This document shows positions 27,334 through 37,475 of a stretch of DNA of 64,000 nucleotides, in pieces. Origin of the DNA: an uncultured bacterium. GTDB lineage: Bacteria > Abyssobacteria > SURF-5. Location: positions 32,001-96,000 of the forward strand of contig CAZSKP010000012.1 in assembly GCA_964607485.1 (NCBI GenBank). The letters are read 5' to 3'. The translations under genes were made by a program, and so were the position numbers. How positions within the stretch are numbered: position 1 is the first letter of the stretch; every line of letters begins with the position of its first letter. The notes beneath the pieces are model-generated. The model ran no database searches. It saw only the letters and a list, made by a program, of their open reading frames with translations, and had not been told where the DNA came from.

Positions 27334-28296
27334 ATGGCGATGCGGCTGAAATCGTTGCTCCCCATAGTCCTGGCGGCAGTCTTGTTCGGATGCGCGCGGT
27401 ATCCCACTATACCTGCCGTTCCCGAACCGGCCGAGACCGCGGCCGACGCCGCCCAGGATGTTCCGGCCGAATTTTCAGGCGGGTTGCCCGAGTTGAAGGG
27501 GGTCGCCCTCAGCCGGGCGGATTCGGACTACGTCGTCGGCCCGGGGGACAGTCTGAAGATAACCGTGTGGGGCCATGACGATCTCACCCGCACGGTGCAA
27601 GTGTCGGAAGAGGGAAATTTCTCGTACCCGCTCATTGGCAAAGTTCACGCCGACGAGCTGTCGGTCTCGCAGATCGAACAGGAGATAACCCGGCGGCTCG
27701 ACGGAAAGTATCTCATCAATCCTCAGGTCACGATCGTGGTGGAGGAGTTCAGAAGCAAACGAGTGTTCGTCCTTGGAGAGGTCGGCGGACCCCAGGGCCA
27801 CGGCAAGGGCCCCGGAGCCTATCCGCTGACCGGGCAAACCTCGTTGATCGAGATTCTGTCGGCCGCGGGCGGTCTCACGTCCGAGGCCGGAGGCGAGGTC
27901 GTCGTCGTGCGTCCCATCTCCGACAAGAAGAGCGACCAGCCTCTGCCGCCGCAGGAATCGGAGACGGCGAAGGTGATCAGGCTCAACGTGAAGCACCTGC
28001 TCGGAGGGGATGCGACCCAGAACATCCTGCTCGAGGACGGCGACACGATTTACGTTCCGTCGGCGCAATATTTCTTCGTCTTCGGACAGGTGAAGAATCC
28101 GGGCCGATACGTGCTCGAGTCGGAGACCACCGTGCTGAAGGCCATCACCATGGCGGGCGGTCTCACCGAGATTGCGGCGGTCAAGAAGACTCGAATCCTC
28201 CGGGAAGAGAGCGGAGCGCGGATAGAAAGGCGCGTTGAGATGACCAGCAGGGTGATGCCCCAGGACATCATAATGGTTCCCGAAAGTTTCTTCTAA
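27334..28296 (+). CDS. wza: OPX/Wza-family polysaccharide export lipoprotein
   Basis: Lipobox LFGC, YVVGPGDSLKITVW PES motif, two SLBB domains, ends IIMVPESFF. Confidence 0.9.
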   Translation: MAMRLKSLLPIVLAAVLFGCARYPTIPAVPEPAETAADAAQDVPAEFSGGLPELKGVALSRADSDYVVGPGDSLKITVWGHDDLTRTVQVSEEGNFSYPLIGKVHADELSVSQIEQEITRRLDGKYLINPQVTIVVEEFRSKRVFVLGEVGGPQGHGKGPGAYPLTGQTSLIEILSAAGGLTSEAGGEVVVVRPISDKKSDQPLPPQESETAKVIRLNVKHLLGGDATQNILLEDGDTIYVPSAQYFFVFGQVKNPGRYVLESETTVLKAITMAGGLTEIAAVKKTRILREESGARIERRVEMTSRVMPQDIIMVPESFF

Positions 28297-28310
28297 ACAA
28301 TGAGGAGAGC

Positions 28311-30599
28311 ATGAACGAACGGACTGTCAGCAGAGGCGGAAATAAGCTTGCATCTTTGCCCGAGCCTTTTGACGTGGGGGTAGTGCTCCGAACGCTGTGG
28401 AAGCGTCGATGGGCTGTTGCATCGATATTCCTCGTGACCGTCACCGCGGCGGCGATACGGTCTTTCGGCGCGACGCCCATCTACAGGGCGACGACTCAAG
28501 TGCTCATCGACCGCGAGAACCCCAACATCGTGAACGTACAGGAGGTGCTGGCCATCGACACGGCCGACACCGACTATTACCTGACCCAATACGAGATATT
28601 GAAGAGCCGCTCGCTCGCACAGCGGGTCATAAAATCTCTGAAGCTGGACTCCGACGAAGTATTCAACCCGTCACCCAGGAGAACCTCGCTGAGCAAACGT
28701 CTGGGTTTGACGGGGCTCATCGAGTCTGTTCGCGGTGCCTTTCGGAAACAGGAAGAGAAGCCCGGCGCCGAAGAATCCCAGCTCCAGGCCCTCACAGACC
28801 GGTATCTTCGTTCCCTCAGCATCGAACCCGTCAGGAACAGCAGGCTGGTCGACATAAGTTTCGAGTGCCCGGACCCACGCCTGGCGGCCCGCATCGCCGA
28901 CGCTCACGGCCGACTCTACATAGAGGCATCGCTCGACAGGAAGTTTTCCGCCTCACAGGATGCGGTCGAATGGCTCAAGGGGCGAATCACCGCCATCCAG
29001 GCAAAACTTGAGGCGTCCGAGCGGGCGCTCCAAAAATACCGGCAGGAGAACAATCTCGTGTCGGTGGACTTCGAAGAACGCCACAACATAATCGTTCAGA
29101 AGCTGGGCGACCTCAATGCCGCCCTCACACGGGCGAGAACCGACTCCATCGAAAAAGAGAACCTTTACGCGGAATTTGGAAAGGCGCGTTCAGACCCTCG
29201 CATGCTCGAATCCATTCCTGCCGTGGTCAACAACTCACTCATCCAGCGATTGAAATCCGAAAAGGTGGACCTCGAAACGAAGGAATCGGAGCTCGCGCAG
29301 AAGTTCGGGCCGGAACATCCCAAAATGATAAGCGTACGCTCGGAGCTGGAGGAGTTGAAGAAGAAGATCAACATGGAGATGTACAAGATCGGGGAGAGCA
29401 TCGAGCTGGAGTACAGAATGGCGCTCGCGAAAGAAAAGTCGCTCCTGGCGGCGCTCGAGGAACAGAAACGCGAGGCGCTCGAATTGAACCAGAAGGAGAT
29501 TCACTACAACGTGCTCAAACGCGAGACCGAGACGGAACGGCTGATGTATGAAAACCTGCTCAAGAGGGCCAAGGAAGCCAGTCTGACGGGCGGCATACGC
29601 GCCTCGAACATCGCCATTGTGGACCCCGCGTACGTCCCCGGCACGCCCGTGCGTCCGCGCCGCGCGCTCAACATGTTCATCGCGGTCGTCGGCGGATTGG
29701 CTCTGGGCCTGGGGCTGGCGGCGCTTCTGGAATATCTGGACAACACCATCAAGAACAGCGAAGACGTGGAGCTGTCCGTTGAAGTGCCCTTCCTCGGCAC
29801 GGTCAGGCACTTCAAGAAGAGCAGCGACAGCAAGGTGGACGGTGAACTCGTCACGGCGTCTCATCCCAAGTCTGCGGTGTCGGAGGCGTTCCGAAACATC
29901 CGAACCAACGTGCTCTTCTCCACGCTGGGGACCCGAGGACAGACGCTGCTGGTCACCTCCGCAAGCATGCTGGAGGGGAAGACGGTTTTCACTTGCAACC
30001 TTGCAGTCACGCTGGCCCAGTTGCAGAAGAAGGTGTTGCTCGTGGACGCAGACCTCCGGCGCCCCCGCATCCACAAGGTCTTCGGCATAAAGGACACGCC
30101 CGGACTCAGCGATATCCTGACCGGACAGATGCCGCTCGACAAGTGCGTTCGTCAGACCACCGGCGGGAACCTCTCGATACTCCCGTGCGGGCCGATCCCG
30201 CCCAATCCGTCCGAGCTTCTTTCCTTGAAAGTCATGGATGAGTTCATTGAAGAAGCGAGACAACTATATGACATCGTGCTGCTCGATTCGCCGCCGGTGT
30301 TGTTTGTGACCGACCCCGTCATAATCTCCAAGAAGGTGGACGGGACCATTGCCATCGTCAGAAGCGGCAGGACACCGCGCCAAGCTCTCCGAAGGATTAT
30401 CTCGACGCTGCAGGAGATCGAGGCGCGCGTGATCGGGGTCGTGCTCAACAACGTGGATGTGGACACCGAGTCCTACTATTATCCCTACTATTACCGGTAT
30501 GGGAAGCACGGATATTACGAGCAGGATGACAGCGAAAAGGAGCGCACCGCTTCAACGAGAAAGCGAAAAGCTTCGGAGAAACCATACGCAAAGGTTTGA
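28311..30599 (+). CDS. wzc: Polysaccharide co-polymerase / tyrosine autokinase
   Basis: Two TM helices around a coiled coil, Walker A SASMLEGKT, VDADLRRP, LDSPP and a C-terminal Tyr cluster YYYPYYYRY. Confidence 0.95.
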   Translation: MNERTVSRGGNKLASLPEPFDVGVVLRTLWKRRWAVASIFLVTVTAAAIRSFGATPIYRATTQVLIDRENPNIVNVQEVLAIDTADTDYYLTQYEILKSRSLAQRVIKSLKLDSDEVFNPSPRRTSLSKRLGLTGLIESVRGAFRKQEEKPGAEESQLQALTDRYLRSLSIEPVRNSRLVDISFECPDPRLAARIADAHGRLYIEASLDRKFSASQDAVEWLKGRITAIQAKLEASERALQKYRQENNLVSVDFEERHNIIVQKLGDLNAALTRARTDSIEKENLYAEFGKARSDPRMLESIPAVVNNSLIQRLKSEKVDLETKESELAQKFGPEHPKMISVRSELEELKKKINMEMYKIGESIELEYRMALAKEKSLLAALEEQKREALELNQKEIHYNVLKRETETERLMYENLLKRAKEASLTGGIRASNIAIVDPAYVPGTPVRPRRALNMFIAVVGGLALGLGLAALLEYLDNTIKNSEDVELSVEVPFLGTVRHFKKSSDSKVDGELVTASHPKSAVSEAFRNIRTNVLFSTLGTRGQTLLVTSASMLEGKTVFTCNLAVTLAQLQKKVLLVDADLRRPRIHKVFGIKDTPGLSDILTGQMPLDKCVRQTTGGNLSILPCGPIPPNPSELLSLKVMDEFIEEARQLYDIVLLDSPPVLFVTDPVIISKKVDGTIAIVRSGRTPRQALRRIISTLQEIEARVIGVVLNNVDVDTESYYYPYYYRYGKHGYYEQDDSEKERTASTRKRKASEKPYAKV

Positions 30600-30810
30600 G
30601 GCGGTGTTCGCGGAGGCCGCGGGGTCGCTTGCGCCTGTCTGGGTGTGCGAGCGTGAACCTGAGTTAAGCGTCTCGCCGGTAGGAGGCTGACGAGACGAAT
30701 AGAGGAGGACAATGGTTGGTTCAACCTTTTGTTCCGAGTCTCAGCAGCGGCGGCCTCCGCAGCTGTCTCGCAGGGTGGACGAATCGAACACTACTTCTCC
30801 CCTCGCCGCT

Positions 30811-32763
30811 ATGAACTCCGGCCGGTGCAACCGGACGCTGACCAGGGGCGTGATTGTACTCCTCGTGTTTATGCCGTTGGCCCTCGGCTCCGTTCACATG
30901 TGGTCTTCCTCACTTTCCTTAACAGTTGTGTTTCTGATGACGGCCGTGTTTCTCGCCCGAAGGGTGCTCGACGGCGGCCTCGTGATTCCGGCGGTTCCTG
31001 CGTGGCCGTTTCTTGGTCTGATCTTCCTAGTCGCGTCGGTCCAGATCCTGCCCATGCCGCTTCGCGTGTTGGAAGTTATATCTCCGGAGAAGGCATCGCT
31101 CGGGCAGGCCGCTGCCGTGCCGTTCGCCGTCGGCGGGCTGCACTCCTTGAGCCTGTACCCCCGCGCCACGATCGGGGCCGTCTTGAAATTGTCGGCGTTC
31201 GTCGCGCTGTTTCTGCTTGTCACCAACCTCTTCCGCACCGACCGAGCCCTCAAGAAGCTGGCGCTCGCCATCGCGTGCACGGGATTCGCAGTGGCGCTGG
31301 TCGGACTCCTCCAGCACGCAGCCGGTACAGACGGCATCTACGGATTCTGGCGGTCAAGATACTGGAAAGCCGGCGAGGGCAGCTTCTTCGGGTCGTTCGT
31401 GAACAAGAATCACTTTGCCGGGTACATGGAGATGTCGATTCCGCTGACGCTCGCGCTGGGGGTCGGCCGGCGTTCGCGCAGGCGCGTGAAAACGCTGTCA
31501 CGCCGATTCGTCGATGCCGAGTCGGGAATATTCCGGACTTTGTTTGTGTTGTTCTGCGCGTCGGTCATGTTCTGGGCGTTACTGTGCTCAGGTTCGATAG
31601 GGGGAATCGCGAGCCTCGCGCTGGCCGCGGCGATTGTGGTTCTCACGCCCGCGCTGCGAAGGGGCTCATGGAAATTCCGGTTCTTCGCGATCGTCGGAGT
31701 CCTGCTCGCCTGTGCGGGAATCAGCGCTTACGTCGGAGACGCATCGCCCTTGGCGTTCGCGGGAATCGATTCCTCCCGCGCGCACGTGTGGCAGGACTCA
31801 CTCACGATGGGCTCGAAACACCCGTGGATGGGAACGGGCCTCGGCACGTTTGAGCACGTGTTTCCCGTCTATAGCACGCTTCATGACGGCGTCACATACA
31901 GACACGCGCACAACGAATACGTGCAGTTTTTCGCGGAGATGGGCATCTTCGGCCTGATAGGTCTGGCCGGCGTCTTCGTCGTTCTTGCTTTCCTGTCCCT
32001 GTCCTCCCTCCGCCGAAATATTCGCTTGCGCTCATCGTCGTTGGCGATTGCGTCGCTCACGGGCGCGCTCTCACTGACGCTTCACGGAATCGTCGATTTT
32101 AATTTTCACATAACAGCCAACGCGCTGACGCTCGCAGTCGTGGCGGGCATCGCGCTGAATTCCATGCTTCCGTTTTCCGACTCTCCGTCTCCGTTTCGCG
32201 AAATTCAGATAGACCTTTCGGAAAGGCTGCCGAAGCGGTGCTGTATTGCAGGCATATCGTTTTGCATTCTCCTCTCGCTGCTGGCTGCTTCGGCCGCCAC
32301 CGCCGGGATGTACCGTTCGCGCGCAGAATCCATTGTCGCGGAACGAGGCGGACGACCGGAGACGGCGCTGGACCACCTCAAGAAAGCAAGGAGATTCGAC
32401 CCGCTCAACTCCAAATACGCGTACATGCGTGGGAGAATCTACGAGATGCTCGCAATGCGAGAACGTTGGGACGAAGCTTCGAGAGAACGGCTCTTCAATT
32501 TGGCGACGAAGGAATACGCCCGCGCGACGACACTGGAGCCGACGAGCGCTTTGTATCACCTCAGCGTTGCCTACGCGCTCGCGGGCGGCGATCCCGCGGC
32601 GACGACTCCCGCCGTCGAAAAGGAGTTCGAGGTGGCGCGTCTGCTCGACCCGTCGAGTCCGAAGGTCAGCGAGTACATCGCACAGTGGAGCCGCATTCGG
32701 GACGGCGCTCCCGACAAATGGGGGAAAGCGCATGGTATCGATACTGGCTTACCACGGAGTTGA
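30811..32763 (+). CDS. O-antigen ligase (Wzy_C) family protein with C-terminal TPR-like region; start uncertain
   Basis: FVNKNHFAGY, R..VW, HPWMGTGLGTF, HAHNEYVQ and LHGIVDFNFH motifs. Confidence 0.85.
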   Translation: MNSGRCNRTLTRGVIVLLVFMPLALGSVHMWSSSLSLTVVFLMTAVFLARRVLDGGLVIPAVPAWPFLGLIFLVASVQILPMPLRVLEVISPEKASLGQAAAVPFAVGGLHSLSLYPRATIGAVLKLSAFVALFLLVTNLFRTDRALKKLALAIACTGFAVALVGLLQHAAGTDGIYGFWRSRYWKAGEGSFFGSFVNKNHFAGYMEMSIPLTLALGVGRRSRRRVKTLSRRFVDAESGIFRTLFVLFCASVMFWALLCSGSIGGIASLALAAAIVVLTPALRRGSWKFRFFAIVGVLLACAGISAYVGDASPLAFAGIDSSRAHVWQDSLTMGSKHPWMGTGLGTFEHVFPVYSTLHDGVTYRHAHNEYVQFFAEMGIFGLIGLAGVFVVLAFLSLSSLRRNIRLRSSSLAIASLTGALSLTLHGIVDFNFHITANALTLAVVAGIALNSMLPFSDSPSPFREIQIDLSERLPKRCCIAGISFCILLSLLAASAATAGMYRSRAESIVAERGGRPETALDHLKKARRFDPLNSKYAYMRGRIYEMLAMRERWDEASRERLFNLATKEYARATTLEPTSALYHLSVAYALAGGDPAATTPAVEKEFEVARLLDPSSPKVSEYIAQWSRIRDGAPDKWGKAHGIDTGLPRS

Positions 32764-33520
32764 ACAGACAATTCCGGAGAGACAGACCGTCTGTTTCGCC
32801 GGTATGGAGTTCAGGTTGAACTCGCTCCGCGTGAAGCTCGACTCGTTCAGAAGCCAACTGCAGTATCTTCGTCGAAAAGGGTATCGAAGCGTCGGGCTGG
32901 ATGAGGTGCTGCGCGCGAGAGAATCGGGCGACGACGCGAAGGCCAAGATTGTGGCGATAACGTTCGACGACGGCTTCAGCGACCTGCACCTTCCCACCAG
33001 GTATATCCTCGAAGAGTTCGGTTTCACGGCGACCGTGTTTCTCGTGGTCGGAAGGATAACCGACCAAGGACGCAACGGCTTTCTGACGTGGCGTCAAGTA
33101 CGCGAAATGAAGCGCTCCGGGTTTTCCTTCGGCGCGCACACGCTCACCCATCCGTTCCTCACGTCGCTCAGTCCTGAGGAGGCCTTCCACGAAATATCCG
33201 AATCGAAGCGGATAATCGAAGAAGAGATTCAGACCGAAGTGAGATTCTTCTGCTACCCGTTCGGCGATTTCAACCCGCAGGTGGTGGAGCTTGTGAGACG
33301 AGCGGGCTTCAAAGGAGCGGTCGTCACACCCACGCGGCCCGGCATCGCGGAGACCGCCTTTACCATGAAGCGGGTCGGAGTGAACAGGGGCAATTCGATG
33401 CTCACTTTCAAGCTGAAGCTGAACGGCGACTACGACGTGTTCAGAGACAGCCCCGTGCTGTCTCAGTTCAGTCATCTCAGGAGACGGATTCTTTTGTCGT
33501 TGGCAAGGGAGGCCCTATGA
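32732..33520 (+). CDS. Polysaccharide deacetylase (CE4/NodB, IcaB-like)
   Basis: ILAYHGV, ITFDDGF, GAHTLTHP and FCYPFG motifs; ATG at 32732 inside the longer tracked ORF. Confidence 0.9.
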   Translation: MVSILAYHGVEQTIPERQTVCFAGMEFRLNSLRVKLDSFRSQLQYLRRKGYRSVGLDEVLRARESGDDAKAKIVAITFDDGFSDLHLPTRYILEEFGFTATVFLVVGRITDQGRNGFLTWRQVREMKRSGFSFGAHTLTHPFLTSLSPEEAFHEISESKRIIEEEIQTEVRFFCYPFGDFNPQVVELVRRAGFKGAVVTPTRPGIAETAFTMKRVGVNRGNSMLTFKLKLNGDYDVFRDSPVLSQFSHLRRRILLSLAREAL

Positions 33521-35058
33521 CCATGCGCGTGTGTCTCATCAATCCTCTCATCCAGAATTCGATGTGGGAAAACGATCTCGCCGCAAAGTGGCCGCCGCTG
33601 GGAATCGCCTACATCGCCGCCGTGCTCGAGAGAGCCGGACACGAGGTGAAGATAGTGGAGAGACGTTGGCTCATCGGGGGGCGCAAGCGAACGCGCGAGA
33701 ATGTGCAGGCTCTCGACGACGCCACGCGCTCGCTTCTCTCCCAGTTCAAACCTCAGATAGTCGGAATCACCGCCACGACTCCCCAGATATCCGACGCATA
33801 CAGGACCGCCAGGGTCGCGAAACTTGCCGACTCTTCCACGCAGGTGGTCGTCGGAGGCTGCCACGCAACCGTGGAGCCCGAACGCACGCTCGAACAGTGC
33901 CCGCACATCGACATAGTCGTCAGAGGCGAGGGAGAAGAGGCAATGACCGAACTGGCCGCGGGCGTGCCACCGGCCGTCGTGCAAGGTCTGACGCTGCGGG
34001 ACGGAATCGGATTCGTTCACAATCCGCCCAGGTCGTTTGTGAAGGATCTCGACTGCCTTCCCTACCCCGCACGGCACCTGCTCGACCGCAGGACGTATTT
34101 CACGCCCACCGCCACGACACTGCGCGGATTCTTCCTGAACGCAACGAACGTGTTCACCACGCGCGGATGCCCCTATTCGTGCTCGTTCTGCGCGAGGGAC
34201 TGCCTGGCGGCGTCGAACTCCGGCGCTTACGTGCGCTTCCAGTCGCCCGAGTACGTGACGGGCGAGATCGAGTACCTGATTTCCGATTACGGCGTCAACG
34301 GCATACTGTTCGCCGAAGACATCTTCGCACTTCGCAAGGCGCGCGTGGAGGACCTCTGCGCGAAGATGCTGAGCTCGGGCATCTCCGAAAAAATACGCTG
34401 GGGCACGAACCTGCGCGTCGATTTTGCGGACCCTGCGCTGCTGAAACTCATGCAGAGAGCGGGATGCGTTCGAATCATCTACGGGTGCGAGAGCGGCTCG
34501 CAGCGAATACTCAAGCTGCTTGGCAAGAAGGTCACCGTAGAGCAGAACGAGGCGGCGGTGAGGCTAACGAAGGAGGCGGGTATATCGTGCGAGGTCAACA
34601 TGATGCTCGGCCTTCCCACTGAGACCGACGAGGACATACTCGCGACGATAGGATTTCTGAAGAAGTGCCAGCCCGACCGCATCAACAAGGGAAAGCTTTA
34701 CCCGATCCCCGGCACTCAACTTTACAAGGAGTTCCTTGAGAATGGGACGATACGCGAGCCGGAAAACTGGGATGAGCTGTGGGACAAGTACGTCGCGGCC
34801 GACTTCACGTTCGCCGATATGACACCCCGGAGGTTCAACGAACTGTTCGCGAAATTCGAGCGGGAAGTTTCCCTTCCCATCAACTACAAATTTCATATAT
34901 CCACCAACCTCTGGAAGCATCCATTGTATGCGCTCCAGCAGTCGTTCCTGATGGCCGGACATCTTGCGGTCATGCACACGTTTTCAACCAAGGCGCAGCG
35001 TCGTGCCAGAAAAGCGGCGGAACTGTTCCGAATGAAATCGCGACTGGTAGCGAGGTGA
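33517..35058 (+). CDS. B12-binding radical SAM protein
   Basis: PPLGIAYIAA, VVVGGCHAT, RGEGE, TRGCPYSCSFC, GCESG. Confidence 0.92.
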   Translation: MTMRVCLINPLIQNSMWENDLAAKWPPLGIAYIAAVLERAGHEVKIVERRWLIGGRKRTRENVQALDDATRSLLSQFKPQIVGITATTPQISDAYRTARVAKLADSSTQVVVGGCHATVEPERTLEQCPHIDIVVRGEGEEAMTELAAGVPPAVVQGLTLRDGIGFVHNPPRSFVKDLDCLPYPARHLLDRRTYFTPTATTLRGFFLNATNVFTTRGCPYSCSFCARDCLAASNSGAYVRFQSPEYVTGEIEYLISDYGVNGILFAEDIFALRKARVEDLCAKMLSSGISEKIRWGTNLRVDFADPALLKLMQRAGCVRIIYGCESGSQRILKLLGKKVTVEQNEAAVRLTKEAGISCEVNMMLGLPTETDEDILATIGFLKKCQPDRINKGKLYPIPGTQLYKEFLENGTIREPENWDELWDKYVAADFTFADMTPRRFNELFAKFEREVSLPINYKFHISTNLWKHPLYALQQSFLMAGHLAVMHTFSTKAQRRARKAAELFRMKSRLVAR

Positions 35059-35061
35059 GGT

Positions 35062-36231
35062 GTGAGAATCTGCTTGGTCACAAGCGTGTTTCCGCCTCGG
35101 ATAAGCGGGCCCTCGACGCAGACGTATCATCTCGCGCTCTCCCTCAGGCAGAGGGGCCTCGACACGTTTGTCATAACGTTCGGCAAGGAGAACGCGCTCG
35201 AATTCGTCGAGGGAATTCCCGTCCATCGGCTGCGCGAATTCGGCGGGGGCGCCGCCTCGCTAAAATACGCGAACGCATTCTTCGAGTCCAGGAGAATCCT
35301 GCTCGAAAGACGGCCCGACGTGCTGCATCACGTCTCCGGGATGAACTACCTCTGCTGTGTGTCGGGACGGCTGGCAAGGCGGCTGGCAATTCCGAGCGTG
35401 GTTAAGTACGCCGGAGACCTCGTGTGGGAAAGGATCGCGTCCAACGGCTACACCGGTGAATACGCCGACGTTTTCACAAGCTCCGTTTCGGCCCGCGCTC
35501 TCACTCGGCTTCAGAGGTACTGCTTTTCCCTGTTCGATGTCATCTGGTCCACGTCGAACTTTCAGACCCGCTCACTCATGCGGTTCGTCCGTGGTCCGTC
35601 CGACAAGGTTGTCACGATGCCCAATTTCATCAGGCTGAACGGGCGGCCAAAGGCGAAGTCCGGTTCCGAACAAAACGGAAAGTTGACAATACTCTCCGCA
35701 TGCAGGTTCGCCCGCTGGAAAAGGGTCGAGGACACTATACACGCTTTCAGTTTGCTCGACAGAAGCCGGGTGAAACTGAAGATTGTCGGCGGCGAGGACG
35801 CCCGCATCGCTTCCGAGCTAAAGGAAATGACGAGGGAGATGGGGTTGGAAAACTGCGTTCAATTTGTCGGACCCGAGTCGCCGACGCAGATGCTCGAGCA
35901 TTTCGAGAACGCGCACATCTTTTGCTCCTCCAGCCGCTATGAGCCGTTCGGCATCGCGCTCGTCGAGGCGATGGCGGCAGGGCTGCCCGTCGTGGCGGTC
36001 AACACAGGCGGAGTTCCCGAGGTCGTCCCGCACAACAGCGCGGGCTACCTTGTCAAAGCCGGCGACACGGCGGAGATGGCCGCGCGCTTGCAGACGCTGG
36101 CCGACACCGACGAGCTTCGCCGAAGCATGGGACGGTTCGCGGCCGAACACGCGAGAAAGTTCGACATCGAAGACAATTTAGAGAAAATCATCGACCTCTA
36201 TCGACTGGCCATAGAGAGGATGAAGGCGTAA
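35062..36231 (+). CDS. Glycosyltransferase family 4
   Basis: FPPRISG N-terminus; YEPFGIALVEAMAAG (Ex7E). Confidence 0.9.
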   Translation: MRICLVTSVFPPRISGPSTQTYHLALSLRQRGLDTFVITFGKENALEFVEGIPVHRLREFGGGAASLKYANAFFESRRILLERRPDVLHHVSGMNYLCCVSGRLARRLAIPSVVKYAGDLVWERIASNGYTGEYADVFTSSVSARALTRLQRYCFSLFDVIWSTSNFQTRSLMRFVRGPSDKVVTMPNFIRLNGRPKAKSGSEQNGKLTILSACRFARWKRVEDTIHAFSLLDRSRVKLKIVGGEDARIASELKEMTREMGLENCVQFVGPESPTQMLEHFENAHIFCSSSRYEPFGIALVEAMAAGLPVVAVNTGGVPEVVPHNSAGYLVKAGDTAEMAARLQTLADTDELRRSMGRFAAEHARKFDIEDNLEKIIDLYRLAIERMKA

Positions 36232-36233
36232 CG

Positions 36234-37475
36234 ATGAAGCCAATCGGAAAAAGCCGCGGCAACGCCTTGCCGAACGTTCTCGCCATAAGCCTCGACTCCA
36301 ACCTGGCCTTGGGCACGGAGGCGCGGCTGGGCGATTCGACGCGGCGGGTGCTGGCGGTCGCGTCCGTGTGCCAGACGTATCACATCGTGATGAGAACGTT
36401 CCGGCCCGGATCCCGATCGATAATTCCCCTTGGAGACAATTGCTTCTTGTATCCTGCCAATTCGCGCAATCGCATGAGCTTTATAGGCGACGCGATAACA
36501 ATTGGCTCAAGAATAATCCGCAGCAATCCGATAGATGTCCTCTACACTCAGGACCCGTTCTCGTCCGGGCTCGCAGGCTACGCGCTGAAAAGAAGGTTCC
36601 GAAAACCACTCGCGCTGTCATTCGCCGGCGACATGATCGACAATCCCCATTGGTGCGGAGAGTCGCCCCGGAACAGAGTCATGAACCGCTTCGGCAAATG
36701 GCTGATAAGGAGAGCCGACGCGTTCAGAGTCTGCAGCACGTCCGAGCGCGCGAAGCTCATCGCGAGGGGAGTTCCGGCAGGGCGCATCCACAACATCGGG
36801 TGGCTCAGCGATTTTTCGCGGTTCGAGAATGCGGACGGCAAAAGGCTGCGCGAGCGGTTCCTCTCGAATGGCTTCGACCGGCTCTTGCTGTTTGTGGGAC
36901 GGCTGGTGAAACAGAAGAACCTCCCGAACCTCATCGCGGCCATGAAGATTGTTACTGAAGCCCAAGGCTCGGTTCTGCTCCTCGTCGTCGGCGACGGAGA
37001 AGAATCGGCCCGAGTCAAGGAGCTCGCCCGGCGATTGAGAGTCGAGAAGAATGTCCTCTTCCTCGGCGCCGTTGAACATGAAAGACTGCCCGACTATTTC
37101 GCCGCCTGCGACGCGTTCGTTCTGCCTTCATTCTATGAGGGAAACGCCATTGCGGTCATGGAGGCCGCAGCGGCGGGCCGCCCCTCGGTTTCAACCGATG
37201 TCAGCGGCGCGTCCGACACGATCATCGACGGAGTAACCGGCTTCATCGTTGAAAACAACAATCCTGTTCGCCTGGCCGAAAGGCTGATCGCGCTCTTGAA
37301 TGACCCCGCAAAGGCGCGCGACATGGGACGGAGCGCCCGCAGCCGTGTCACGAGAAAATACGCCGAGGAGACGATTCTCAAACAGTTTCGGGAAATGTTC
37401 ATGCAGGCAAAGGAGTCGAATGCAAGTTACGAGAGAGAGCCTTCATCGATACTACTCTCAGCAAGAGGACGATGA
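36234..37475 (+). CDS. Glycosyltransferase family 4
   Basis: FVGRLVKQK; PSFYEGNAIAVMEA. Confidence 0.9.
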   Translation: MKPIGKSRGNALPNVLAISLDSNLALGTEARLGDSTRRVLAVASVCQTYHIVMRTFRPGSRSIIPLGDNCFLYPANSRNRMSFIGDAITIGSRIIRSNPIDVLYTQDPFSSGLAGYALKRRFRKPLALSFAGDMIDNPHWCGESPRNRVMNRFGKWLIRRADAFRVCSTSERAKLIARGVPAGRIHNIGWLSDFSRFENADGKRLRERFLSNGFDRLLLFVGRLVKQKNLPNLIAAMKIVTEAQGSVLLLVVGDGEESARVKELARRLRVEKNVLFLGAVEHERLPDYFAACDAFVLPSFYEGNAIAVMEAAAAGRPSVSTDVSGASDTIIDGVTGFIVENNNPVRLAERLIALLNDPAKARDMGRSARSRVTRKYAEETILKQFREMFMQAKESNASYEREPSSILLSARGR

